DNA of 64,000 nt. Origin: Enoplolaimus lenunculus (taxonomy: Eukaryota). The stretch lies in the NCBI GenBank assembly GCA_030248215.1, contig JASANG010002574.1, positions 310,001-374,000 on the forward strand, written 5' to 3'. Shown piece after piece: positions 51,919-63,148 of this stretch. The first letter of the stretch is position 1. Every line of letters starts with the position of its first letter. The notes below the pieces were generated by a model. The model had not been told where the DNA came from, ran no database searches, and saw only the letters and a list, made by a program, of their open reading frames with translations. Made by a program: the position numbers and the translations under genes.

Positions 51919-53136
51919 AAATTTATTCAAGCATTGTTCTTCATGTTTTAAAGGAACAGCCTGTTTACATTTTGTCTTCGTTGTTTCAAATGTCTAGTTT
52001 ATTGTTCTGGCTTAAAAATGATGTGATTACACAAAATTAGAATGCAATATGACATTTTTATTCTAGTCCCACCGAAAAACGTTCCGCCACTGATCTTTAC
52101 ATGGGACACATTGATTAGCAAACTATAGAAAGAATTTTTTGTTTGACCTCAATCGACCACTACCACGCCATTCGTTTTAGCACAAATTGATGATCACTGT
52201 TTAACAACAGTGCGCAACTACAGAAATTTGTATGGTGCAAAATGTACCACCGAGCGTTGCGTTTTTGGCCACCCATCCCCTTATTTAGGGGCAGGGTATT
52301 ATCACATGCAATATTCCTAAATTAAACCATAATCAGTGCATTTTTGATGCCGGTTGCATGAAGTGCCATGGTTCGCACAGGTTGTATCCCTAAACAAGGA
52401 AGGTTGGATGGCCAAAAATGCAACGCGTGCCGGACACATTCTTTACTACACAGAATGTACCCAGTTGAATACTCTAATTGAAGTATGAATCATCCACTCT
52501 TGCTATTAGCAATTACCGCTCCAGTGTTTGAAAACTTTGAACCGAATACGATTAGTGATACAGTTACATCTCATTGGACCTCATATTTACTGGAGTTCTA
52601 GTGCTGTAAAAACGCCATTGTTCTTGAAGATTTGATCCACTCAATATTCTTAAGCGTAATCCTAAACGTAAAGCCTAAACCTAAGAGTAAGCTTAAGCTT
52701 TAGACTAATTTTTTGCTTGGCTTAGGCTTAGGCTTAGTCATAGGGCTCAACTCATTTTTACGCTTAGTCTTAGGATTTAGGCTTACGCTTAAGAAAATGC
52801 TCATTCTTACGCTTACGCTTGGGTTTAGGAATATGCTTATAATAGTGTTCCGACCCTGTTCTTTACATTCGTCGAGATTTCTAACGAAACGTCGAGTCGA
52901 TGAAATTTCGGATGAAAAAGGTGTCGATGGACCAATTGTCAGTCGACAAATTGTGAAATACCGGCAGACATTTCTCAGCATTTAAATCGCTAGTTTCGCT
53001 AAAACCGCATGCATATATGTATATACCTGCGCTAATTGGTCTTAGAAAATGTATAATTAATAGTTTAAAATTTAATTAAGAGTCAATATTTACAGACAAC
53101 TTTTAGGCCACAAAAGATTACTGGTGACCACGAATA

Positions 53137-53187
53137 ATGCTTATTGCGATTCAGATTCATATATTGGTGTTTGCTGCTTCTGCAACG
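53137..53187 (+). CDS. Secreted Lys/Glu-rich repeat protein, exon 1 (signal peptide)
   Basis: ATG...ACG|GTAAAT gives MLIAIQIHILVFAASAT, phase 0, joining in frame to 54570 (LTYG-ES); TTTTAG acceptor or trans-splice-like site at 53101-53106. Confidence 0.65.
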
Positions 53188-54569
53188 GTAAATTAACCTT
53201 TATATAACGTGAAGAATAATCAGCTTGTATTTCGTTTAAGCTTAAGAACCCAGTTGCTAAAATGCGTCAAGAAAACGAAAGCACATTTTAGTGTCAGCCT
53301 GAACAAGTACAGGATCGTAGCCAGCTCACCTTGCTAAGGGGGGCTAAAAATTTTTTCAAGGGGGCATTCAAACGTTTTTAAAGACTTGCAAGCAAGGTTG
53401 AAAATTTTCTAGAGGGGACTAAACGTTTTTAGGGGGGGCTAAGCCCTCCCCCCTGGGCGTCCTTATTTCTTGCAAAAAATTTTGGTACTAAAATATGTCA
53501 CAGTGGTTTTGAACTCGTAACACATTTGTACACTGTTGTGTATGGAGTATGCGACATTTTTTGAAAAGATCAATGCTCTTGTACACTTTAATCCCGTAAG
53601 CTATTTAGGTTTAGGCTTTTAGTTTCAAGAAAAGGCTTTCTTAAGCCTAAGCCGTTCTCTAAGTCACCTATAAAACCTAAACTTATACCAAAGCCAAAAA
53701 AAAATAAAAAAAAAAAAGGGGAAAAAACAAAATAACAAAAAACAACAAAAAAAAAAAAAAAAAAAAAAACAACAAAAAAAACAACAAAAAAAAAATCCCC
53801 CCAAAACCCCCCCCCCAACTCCACCAAAAAAAAACACCCCAAAAAAAAAACCACAACATATAACACTAACCAAAAACAACAATCTCAACTTCAACCTTAA
53901 AATACACACCAACAAAAAAAAAAAAAACAAACAACAACACAAAAACACCACACACCCTCAACCAAAAACACAAAAACCCCTGTCGCCTCATAGTGCAAAT
54001 TCCTGAAATGTGAAATCACAGTACGTGCACATGCAAATTAAAACCAAAACGAACAACCACCTAAACGCGGCCCCGTTGGGTTGAGGTCGCACAAATGCCG
54101 AACTTATATATCTCTATTTTCTCTAGTAATACTTTCGTATCTTTTCGGTTGTCTTCGCCCAAAAATTGTTTAGCAAAAATTTTACCATATTTAAGCTTTT
54201 CATGACCTTTCCTGATCATTTCACACCATAATTTAAATTTTTGAAAAATTTGATTTTTACGGTCTCAAGTTCCCGACTTGGAGCCGAAAATGTTTTTGTA
54301 CAAAAAGTCCGACAAACCGTTTCGATTGTGTTAGTTTTGCAGAGAGAACTCGCAGCTTCAACTTGAATGTTCACGGTTTTGATATAAAAAATTTGAAGAT
54401 GCAACTTGTGTGTACAAGTTTTTGCAGCAAGATGTAGAAATTGCAGATTTGGTTCGTAAACACATTAATAAATCTGTTGCAGCAGCGAGTTGCAGTTGCA
54501 AGTTCACGCTGCAAAAACTTACACATGTGAAAGTGTTATTTAAAATTCTCTATTCTTTGTTTATTTCAG

Positions 54570-55547
54570 TTGACTTATGGTGAATCTGCAAACTACGATG
54601 GTTTGGAAACGGGAATCAAACGAGCAAATGTTGAAGCCGATATAGCGATGCATGAGCGAGAACCAAGAAGAGTTCAAAGAAACGCAGGAGATTTAGCGCA
54701 ACATGAGCTTCAGCGCATTCGAATTCAACGTCAGATTTCCACTGGACTCAATGTTAACGACGATGCTGGAACGAAAGCGAAGAATGTAAAACGGACTAAA
54801 GACAAACAAGAAAACAAGATAAAAGACAAGAAAAACAAAACAAAAGGAAACGCCAAGAAGAAAGAAAAGGAAGCAAAAGATAAAGCAAAAAAGAAAAAAG
54901 ATAAATCAAACGACAAAAAAGCGAAGAAAGAAAAAGAAATTAAAAACAAAGAAAAAGAAGCCAAAGATAAAGCAAAAAAGAACAAAGATAAAGCAAACAA
55001 CAAAAAAGAGAAGAAAGATAAAGAAATTAAAAAGAAAGAAAAAGAAGCCAAAGATAAAGCAAACGACAAAAAAGCGAAGAAAGAAAAAGAAATTAAAAAC
55101 AAAGAAAAAGAAGCCAAAGATAAAGCAAAAAAGAACAAAGATAAAGCAAACGACAAAAAAGAGAAGAAAGAAAAAGAAATTAAAAACAAAGAAAAAGAAG
55201 CCAAAGATAAAGCAAAAAAGAACAAAGATAAAGCAAACGACAAAAAAGAAAAGAAAGAAAAACAAATTAAAAATGAAAAAACGAAAAAAGAAAAACAATT
55301 GAAAGAGAAGAAAACAAAACAAGAAAAGGAAGCTGAACGAAAAGCTAAGAAAGCGGAAAACAAGCGAAAGATGGAAGAGAAAAAAGCCAAAAATAAAGCA
55401 GAGAAAGAGAAAAAGAAAGCAGAGCGTGAAGCCCAACAAAAACGAAAACAAGCCGAAAAAGAAAAAGCACGAGCGGAAAAGAAAGCGACCAGGGAACGTA
55501 AGCAGAGAGAGCGAAAGAATAAACTGAATACAAAAAACCAATCATAG
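54570..55547 (+). CDS. Secreted Lys/Glu-rich repeat protein, exon 2 (325 aa to stop)
   Basis: TTATTTCAG acceptor directly before 54570; long open frame; five 29/22-aa KEKEAKDKAKKNKDKANDKKEKKEKEIKN-type repeats (87/66 bp); RVQR and RIQR sites before the basic domain. Confidence 0.8.
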   Translation: MTYGESANYDGLETGIKRANVEADIAMHEREPRRVQRNAGDLAQHELQRIRIQRQISTGLNVNDDAGTKAKNVKRTKDKQENKIKDKKNKTKGNAKKKEKEAKDKAKKKKDKSNDKKAKKEKEIKNKEKEAKDKAKKNKDKANNKKEKKDKEIKKKEKEAKDKANDKKAKKEKEIKNKEKEAKDKAKKNKDKANDKKEKKEKEIKNKEKEAKDKAKKNKDKANDKKEKKEKQIKNEKTKKEKQLKEKKTKQEKEAERKAKKAENKRKMEEKKAKNKAEKEKKKAEREAQQKRKQAEKEKARAEKKATRERKQRERKNKLNTKNQS

Positions 55548-56894
55548 CCAATGGTAAAAGGTTGAATCAGTGCCAGATCAATGATTATCCGGTAGAAATA
55601 TCCGTTTTGTACTGAAATTTTAGTTTTCGAAGCACATTTTAATCAAATTTTAAATTATTTCTTTGACTTTATACATTAAACTGTACAAAAGGCGAAATAT
55701 TTTTATACTTACGCGCTAAGATACGTTTCACGTTCAGTGTCATCCTGAATGAGGCCAATGTTTGCAGCAGACTCGTTAGTATAAGCATATCCATAAGCGT
55801 AAAGCCAAAAATGTAAGAATGAGCTTTATACCTAAAGCCTAAGCAAAAATAGCCTAAAATTTATTATAATTTACGCTATTGCAGTTATACGCTGAAAAAC
55901 GTTCCGTCCCTGATGTTTACATTGGCCGTCGACGCTTACAATTTTGGTTTTAAAATTCTTTTACATATCTGAACTTATCTTCGCTGTACATTTAACTCAA
56001 AGCGCACTAATAATGACGTGTTTTAGCACTTGTATAAAATCGTAACACTTCCGTTGTTGTTTGTCAGCATACCTATATTTTTCGCAGTCATACAACCAAG
56101 CGACGGGGGTTGAAGGATCGTTCCCCTCCAAGCCAGTCAGATCGTGGGGTAAAGTTTGCGGCGCCATTGGTTCATCTGAAGGTTGCAGCTCCAATGGTTC
56201 ATCTGAAGGTCACAATGTGTTCTCTTGGCAAAATGGCTAAACCATATGGCCGAGATGCAACATAAGTATGCCCTGATGTATAGATCAGGGACGAACCGTT
56301 TTTCCGCGGGACTACTAAGAAGTAAGCTTAAGCTTTAGACTAATTTTGTTTTGCTTAAACCTAGGCTTAGGTGCCTATAGGCGTATCCTTGCACTGAGGC
56401 AAATAGGTGTGAATTAGGAATATGCTTATACTACTGTTACGGCCCCCGTCTATACATGATAGTCGCGCTTTTATGCTTACAACAATTTAAATTTTAAAAT
56501 TCGTAAATGTAACAGTTCGCATGTTTGAAAACCTATCATTTAATTTTGGTGATTGGCGCTATACACATTACAAAAATACGGCTTGCGGTTTTCAACTATA
56601 CGTGACTGTGCTGGATGCTGCCGCGTGCCGCTACGCGCTGCTAACAAAAACATATGAAAAATAGTAGCATCCGGCGGTGAACGGCGAGTATAGTGCCACA
56701 CTTAGTTTTATTTGCTATTTTAAAATTTTTTTCCCTGCCATTCACGATTAAAATACTACGGAACGAATACATTTCAGTGAATCACAGTTTATTTCAAGAT
56801 AAAGCATCCGATGTCAGTAATAGCTGCATAAAACACAGTGTCTAAAGATGCGTACATGGCAAAATAATAATAGCCAACTCAGGTATTCAACATT

Positions 56895-57363
56895 CACTGT
56901 AAATTCCAATTACACTGTAAATTTCATTGAGTTGATTTTAGCTTAGAATGAGTTGAATCTACTCACAGGTCTGGTCTGAGCTCTGAATTAGGTGTTTCAG
57001 AAGTCAGAATTCTGCATTCGATTGAACTCATTTTGTGTTAATTAATTAACTCATCCGGAATTATATCAGCTCAGAGTGAGTAATTGTTTACTGATATTAA
57101 CTCAGAAATAATCAGAAATAACCAATTGTCTCTCGCAGTTGATTAATCAACTCAGTTAACAAGTTAGTATTTCTGAGTTATCAGCAAACATTCACTTACT
57201 CTGTTGAGTTGATTCTCTCTCTGAATTGAGTTAACTCTGGATAAGTTTTTTGAATAACTCAGAATGAGTTGAATCAACTCAAACTTCTGAGTTCTAAATG
57301 TTCCAATTTAGGCTGTGATTCAACTCATTCTCAATTAAAATCAACTCACTGGAATTTTGAGTG
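56895..57363. mobile_element. CACTG MITE family 2, head-to-head composite
   Basis: Two oppositely oriented bodies forming a long imperfect palindrome. Confidence 0.6.
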
Positions 57364-57794
57364 TTGCTGGATATTTACACTGATAAAAACGCATATCATA
57401 ACTTTATATTTATCCCTTTCTCACATGAATATTTTTTATTTTTATGCGGTCTAAATTTCCAACTGTAATTCGAACAATTCAAATGTTAAAGCATCTAAAC
57501 TAAAAGCAATACAAAAAGTATTAAAAACTTATATTATTTCATTCAAAATAGAACTTTTAGGCCAGACAATTCTGATTTGGCTCAGAACTTTAATCTGTAC
57601 AAAAGCACGCAGCAACACAATATAGAAACTAAATTATATTCAATACACAACCTTTAATCCACATAGGCTTTCTAAAATCTTACTTAGAGTATTAAATTTA
57701 GTCAGCTCCTTAAAACGTAAGTACGCTTTTAAAAACGACAAAATGGTTAAGTAATTACTTAGCACGTACTCAAATACTAAGTCGTACTTAAGTA

Positions 57795-58049
57795 CACTGT
57801 AAATTCCAATGAGTTGATTAATCAATTCAGCTAGCGAGTTGGTTATTTCTGAAATAATACCAGTAAAGATTAACTCACTCTGAGTTGAGTTGATTTTGAC
57901 TCTGAAATGAGTTGACGCTGGGTGAGTTAATTGATTAACTCAGAATGAATTGAATCAACTCAAAATTCTGAGTTCTGATAGTCCTCACTCAGAATGATTG
58001 ATTCAACTCATTCTGAGTTAAAATCAACTCACTGAAATTTACAGTAGTG
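57795..58049. mobile_element. CACTG MITE family 2 nested in an ISL2EU-like fragment
   Basis: Splits the CTTAAGTA|..GGTTTTCAAAAATCCAACC end seen intact at 62155-62181. Confidence 0.65.
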
Positions 58050-58690
58050 TAGGTTTTCAAAAATCCAACCAATAAAATCACAAGATTCGAGATGTCTTTG
58101 TCTAAAAAATAGGTTTCTCCATATTTGACTGATTTACTTTGGAATGACACCCAGCTGTACGAAGAAATTGTTGTTCAAAAGTGAGATAAAAGAAAAACAG
58201 ACTTTGAGTTGAGTAAAGTTGAACGTAAACAAAACGTTGAGCTGAATTGAGTTGATCAGTCGAGTCATAAGTTGAACCAATCGGGTTGGGATCTGAATTG
58301 CGAACGGCCAAACGTCACTGAAGAATACGGCTGCGGCGGCAACATCTTTTTATTATTGTTGCGTTTATGTTCGTAGGTTTAGGAATATGCTTTATACTAC
58401 TGTTACGGTCCTCAAAGGCGGCGATGCTCCTAAAGGCAGACCAACCACGCGAATCTCGGTTCATAACGTTTGAAAGACTGCAAAACGCTACTGGAACTGA
58501 TTGCTAATTGAGAACAGAGTTTTACTCGTCATTCTGCAGTTGAACAACGGTATATTACATACCTCGCTGACCAGTAACGAAGATTAGCAATAAACCAATG
58601 TTTTCTTGCAGAATACTGCAATGAAATTGCCAAAGCGCAGCCAAATATTGCAACGAACTGCAAACCTTGCGATCAACTTGCGCCAACAGG

Positions 58691-58825
58691 TTATTTGCGA
58701 CCGCTGTTGCTGTCTTGAATTTCAAGGATTGCCGGGTGCATTTCAATGATTCGAAGTAAGATTCCATCGACGTAGGTGCGAAGTTTCTGATTTACCATTT
58801 CTTGTTCTTTGAGTGCGTCCATTAG
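58691..58825 (-). CDS. RAB11FIP3/4: Rab11-FIP3/4-like terminal exon, FIP Rab11-binding domain
   Basis: TTTCAG acceptor; LMDALKEQEMVNQKLRTYVDGILLRIIEMHPAILEIQDSNSGRK* carries the L..Y[IV]D.[IL][IL]..I.E..P.ILE RBD-FIP signature. Confidence 0.92.
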   Translation of the reverse strand, partial: LMDALKEQEMVNQKLRTYVDGILLRIIEMHPAILEIQDSNSGRK

Positions 58826-58842
58826 CTGAAACAGAAAAATGT

Positions 58843-59390
58843 TGACCAATTCCTGGTAAAATCTTGCCCAATTAGTGGTAAAATCATGACAACTTACTAG
58901 TAAAATCTTGACCAATTACTGGTAAAATCTTGACCAAATACTGGTAAAATCTTGACCAATTACTGGTAAAATCTTGACCAATTACTGGTAAAATCTTGTC
59001 CAATTACTTGTAATATCTTAGACCAATTACTGGTCAAATCTTGACCAATTACTGGTAAAATCTTGGACCAATTACTGGTAAAATCTTGGACCAATTACTG
59101 GTAAAATCTTGGACCAATTACTGGTAAAATCTTGGACCAATTACTGGTAAAATCTTGGACCAATTACTGGTAAAATCTTGGACCAATTACTGGTAAAATC
59201 TTGGACCAATTACTGGTAAAATCTTGGACCAATTACTGGTAAAATCTTCAACCAATTACTGGTAAAATCTTGGACCAATTACTGGTAAAATCTTGGACCA
59301 ATTACTGGTAAAATCTTGGACCAATTACTGGTAAAATCTTGGACCAATTACTGGTAAAATCTTGACCAATTACTGGTAAATTCTTGACCA
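58843..59390. repeat. 22/23-bp minisatellite TT(G)GACCAATTACTGGTAAAATC, about 24 copies
   Basis: Tandem repeat seen directly, filling most of the last Rab11-FIP intron. Confidence 0.95.
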
Positions 59391-59553
59391 AGTAGCACGT
59401 GGCAACGGTTGAATAAAACCATGGAAACATTTCAAACAAATGCCTTCACTCGTTCAAAACGCACAAGACTTGTATCATCAACTGGTAATAGGTGCTATAC
59501 ACATTTGAGAATATCAGTCCGAAAATAATCGTCAACGCTTAAAAAAATCAAAC

Positions 59554-59758
59554 CTGATCTTTCGACATCGAGTCCAACTCGTCGGCAAGATTACCAGGTT
59601 CACGCGCGAGCAACGATCGACCAGTTTCAACTGACGCTTGAAGCAGTTGAGCGTGCAAATCTTCATTTTGAGCTTGTAAATTGCTCCGATCTTCGCGTAA
59701 CATTTCCAACTCACGTTCAATTTCTGACGAACGTTCATAAAGTGAACTGTTGCGTCGG
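59554..59758 (-). CDS. RAB11FIP3/4: Rab11-FIP3/4-like exon
   Basis: TTTTAG acceptor, CAG|GTTTGA donor, phase 2/0; EIERELEMLREDRSNLQAQNEDLHAQLLQASVETGRSLLAREPGNLADELDSMSKDQ matches the segment before the RBD of class II FIPs. Not the frame shown in the ORF track. Confidence 0.9.
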
Positions 59759-60341
59759 CTAAAATAAAACCAACATATATCCGGCGTGCAACAGAAATTA
59801 CAACATACCGGAAACCGAGCCAGAAAGTCAAATTATACCGATTTTTTTCACACCGGAATCTAAATTCCGGTGCCAAATTCTAACTTTCGGTTTGTTGTTG
59901 AGAATGAACCCATCTCAAGATTTTCTCCAGTTTCAACTATGACATTTGCTTTAAATGAGTCAAGTTGATGGGTATCCAGACAATGCGTCTCACGACAACT
60001 CGTCAACCGACAGCTTGTAATCCCAAATTTTGGCGATTTGACAATTCGTCTTTGTCTGATTATGCTTAGATTTATTAATAGGCTTTAAGACGCTGTTGAG
60101 TGACAAGTTGTCGGGTGATGAATTGTCGTAAATTAATTATAAGGCTTTTAACAAAAAATTTTTGACGAAAGACGTCGTCTCAGTGCAAGGGCGAATTGGC
60201 CATCTGGCCCGCCGGACGATTACCCTGTGGGTAGTCAGTGGTGAGCCGGTTTATCTCAAAATGCTTCGACCGGATTTTAGTGCCAGATCAGTCGTGTCTC
60301 CCTGCCATCGCCGGATCGACCTTTGCCTCAAAGTGACTTAC

Positions 60342-60761
60342 CAACTACCACTCGCATCAGCCTTGAGCGACTCAACTTGGTCCTGGAGTTCTTCAATCAA
60401 CGATTGATAATGTTGCACTTGTTGTTGCGCATTCTTTCGAGTTGAAGTCAACAATCCAGACGCGTCTTGATGATCTTTGGTTAAATCGTTCAACTGGAGT
60501 TCAAGAATTTCAATCCGCTCTGCTTGAGTTGTGCTTGTCGATTGAAGTTGCTCAATTTGTGCTCGCAACTTTGCATCTTGCTCACAACACAGTTCGTGCT
60601 CACGCGAGAGCAGTTGAAGTTTGAGCGATAACGCTTCGGTCTGTAGATCTTTTTCTCGTTCAACTCGACTCAACAAATCTTTGTGACGTTCACGTTCGTC
60701 TGTGAGTTTTTCTTTCCATCGTTCTTCGCTTGTTTGTAGCGATTCTTCCAGCATATGAATC
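60342..60761 (-). CDS. RAB11FIP3/4: Rab11-FIP3/4-like coiled-coil exon
   Basis: TTTACAG acceptor, TG|GTAAGT donor, phase 2/2; IHMLEESLQ...LLSRVEREKDLQTEALSLKLQLL coiled coil. Confidence 0.85.
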
Positions 60762-61054
60762 CTGTAAACACAACAATAGTAAAATCAAAAAATTAGTTTT
60801 TGAATATAAATCATCGACATCTTGAAACAAATCGATTTATGTCTCATAAATTGGCAATTGCAATTTCTTGAATATAAGTCATTTATGTTTTAATCATTTC
60901 AGACACGAATTTTAGAGTTGTTTAATGCTATTTATTTGCGAAATACAACATATTTATGTCTTGAAAATTTAAGAAACTAAGAGTCTGATTTGTACGGCAC
61001 ACTTGAGGACTGTAATAATGCTCAGAATAAAAAAAATATTAATGGAAAAAATAC

Positions 61055-61152
61055 CTTTCTTGAAGCACAGCATTGTCTTGTTTCAGCCGTACATGCTTAT
61101 CGTCCATATGATGTTCTTCTAACGCACTCAATGTTTGTTGAATTCGATTGAC
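61055..61152 (-). CDS. RAB11FIP3/4: Rab11-FIP3/4-like exon
   Basis: TTTTCAG acceptor, AG|GTATTT donor; VNRIQQTLSALEEHHMDDKHVRLKQDNAVLQER resembles the RLKQENxxL motif of FIP3/4/Nuf. Confidence 0.85.
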
Positions 61153-61820
61153 CTGAAAATAAAAAATAAACGAAACATAATAAACCGTAACAAATTCACG
61201 TTAAATGTTCAAAATATTACTAGCGACTGTGATACGCATCTAAAAATACTGGGTCTGCTCGCTATTCTCTCAAACTGTTGTTTGTCAAAATGATTCAATC
61301 TTAAAAAAGTTTTTCACAGATTTGAGCTTCTCATGACTTCGCCTGATTGTTCGTCAATGAAATTTGAATTGTTAGCAGTTCAATAATATTTAAAAGCTTA
61401 ACTATTTTCAAATTAACCTCCTACCTAAGGTGCTTCAAGCGAAATTTTGCGTTGTCAAACTTCGAAATTCTCGGTAAATCTTTAGCAACGCAATTGTTTC
61501 ACTTATTCTACATAAATATTAGTACTCAAGTCAGTTACAGTATTACTACGTATTAACAAGACTGGATTATGACAAGAGTGTGCAACTCTTGGAGTTACGC
61601 CTATCCATAATCAATTGGGAATTTTCAAATCAGTGAATGGAAAGCTAAGAAATTCAGCATAATTTTTTACAATTGATTTTCCATATTTTTGGGTAAAATT
61701 AAAGATTTGAGCCGCAACGTTTCTTGCGTTTGAAAACCTATTATCAACTGGTGATAGATGCTATACACATTTGAGAATATGGGCTCTTGTTGCAATTCGG
61801 CTTTGGAAAATTAAGACAAT

Positions 61821-62181
61821 GGCTGGGTTTCTGATATCTTATTTAAGTATTAACTAATACTTAGGTAATTACTTAAAGCCGTCGACTTAAGTATATACTT
61901 ATGTTTTCGAACAAAACCGGTAAACGCCAAATGCGAGCCATTGTCATAACAAAAAAGAAATAATTTTGATTTATATTAAAGAGGCACGACGAATTTGCGG
62001 TTTTAGTTGGACCAAAGTTTGTGTATCTGAACAGTTAATTTGAAATCTAGCAGATCTAGACAGCGGCTTACGTATTTACTTAAGCTAAGTACGCTTTTAA
62101 AAACGACAAAATGGCTAAGTAATTATGTAGCACGTACTTAAGTACTAAGTGAAACTTAAGTAGGGTTTCAGAAACCCAACC
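61821..62181. mobile_element. ISL2EU/Harbinger-related MITE (GGCTGGGTTTCTGA TIR, AT flanks)
   Basis: AT|GGCTGGGTTTCTGA ... TCAGAAACCCAACC|AT; ACTTAAGT-rich subtermini. Confidence 0.65.
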
Positions 62182-62522
62182 ATTATATTTGTACAGAATA
62201 GAGACGGACGCTGTATTAAGCTTAATACTTCCCTGTAAAATGACTCAAGCTGTATATAAAGCGAATACCAGCAACGAAAACTAAAATTTTAAAACGAAAT
62301 TAGAAAAACACAGAAAAAACGGACAATGAAGCAACAGTTGAAAATATTTCATTCATTCGCCATGAATAAAGTCATGAGCATTCGTGCAAATGTTGCATTT
62401 TAAAGTCCAACTTGACTCTGAACTCAATGTAAACAATTCAAATTGCGGTAATATTTCGTTCAAAAATCACACCGATTTCGAATATTGAAAAAAATCAGTA
62501 TCGCAGCAACGCTGCTGATACG

Positions 62523-62728
62523 GGCCCATGTTACTTTAAGGGGTGTCCAGGTTTCTGGTGGGCCTATAAAAGAGTTGCGTTTAGATTGTAGATTACATTT
62601 TTAGCTTAGGCTTATACTTAGGCTTTAGATTTAGGCTTAGGAACACATTTTTGCGACGCTCAGGCTTAGGCAAAGGCTTAGGAATACGCTTTATCTATAC
62701 TGTTAAGCTTCTAAAAGTAACATTGGCT
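62523..62728. mobile_element. TTAGGC-bearing MITE, subfamily B
   Basis: GGCCCATGTTACTTT ... AAAGTAACATTGGCT. Confidence 0.7.
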
Positions 62729-62769
62729 AATTTCTGTATATTTTTCAAAATAGCTATTCCAGGGTCAGT

Positions 62770-62974
62770 ATTTTCAAATGCAAACAGCATCTATCACCAG
62801 TTAGCGATAGGTTTTCAAACTGACGACACCTCTGCAATTATGGACCTAAAAATTTGAACAAAAGTAGGGCAAATCAGACGCAAAAATTGTACGGAATTTC
62901 GAACGTCATCATGCGCTTGTTCGAAAGGTACAAGACCTTTCATCAACCGATGATAGCTGCTAGACACATTTGTG
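62770..62974. repeat. Dispersed repeat bounded by the palindrome CTATCACCA..TGGTGATAG
   Basis: Copies or ends at ~1040-1220, 22560-22755, 25465-25690, 59475-59515, 61738-61780. Confidence 0.55.
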
Positions 62975-63148
62975 GGCCAATGTATAGAACAGGTCCGGAA
63001 CAGTAGTATAAGCATATTCCTAAACCTAAACATAAACCTAAGCCTAAGCCTAAGCCTATAAGCCTAAGCAAAAAATAAGTCTAAAGCTTAAACTAACTCT
63101 ATTATAACCCCTTCGGAAAACGATCCGGCCCTGTTCTATACATGGGCC
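62975..63148. mobile_element. TTAGGC-bearing MITE, subfamily A
   Basis: TIRs; inserted in the ACACATTTGAGAATA motif whose empty form is at ~25490, 25630, 59500, 61765; TSD CATTTGTG/CCATTGAG. Confidence 0.8.

Noticed and set aside
53690..53980. A/C-only tract and ORFs 53588-53951
   Set aside because: Abrupt loss of G and T with long homopolymers, continuing from a CCTAAG-type repeat; looks like a low-quality consensus or basecalling artefact.
54731..55551. Phe-rich, membrane-like ORFs on the minus strand
   Set aside because: Antisense shadow of the Lys/Glu-rich exon.
55997..56260. Minus-strand 65-aa ORF with a 20-bp direct repeat
   Set aside because: Short, non-ATG start, no splice or domain support.
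44650..59390. Regular 22-23-bp repeats (44650-45105, 58843-59390) as CRISPR arrays
   Set aside because: Head-to-tail units with no unique spacers, located in spliceosomal introns, and no cas genes.
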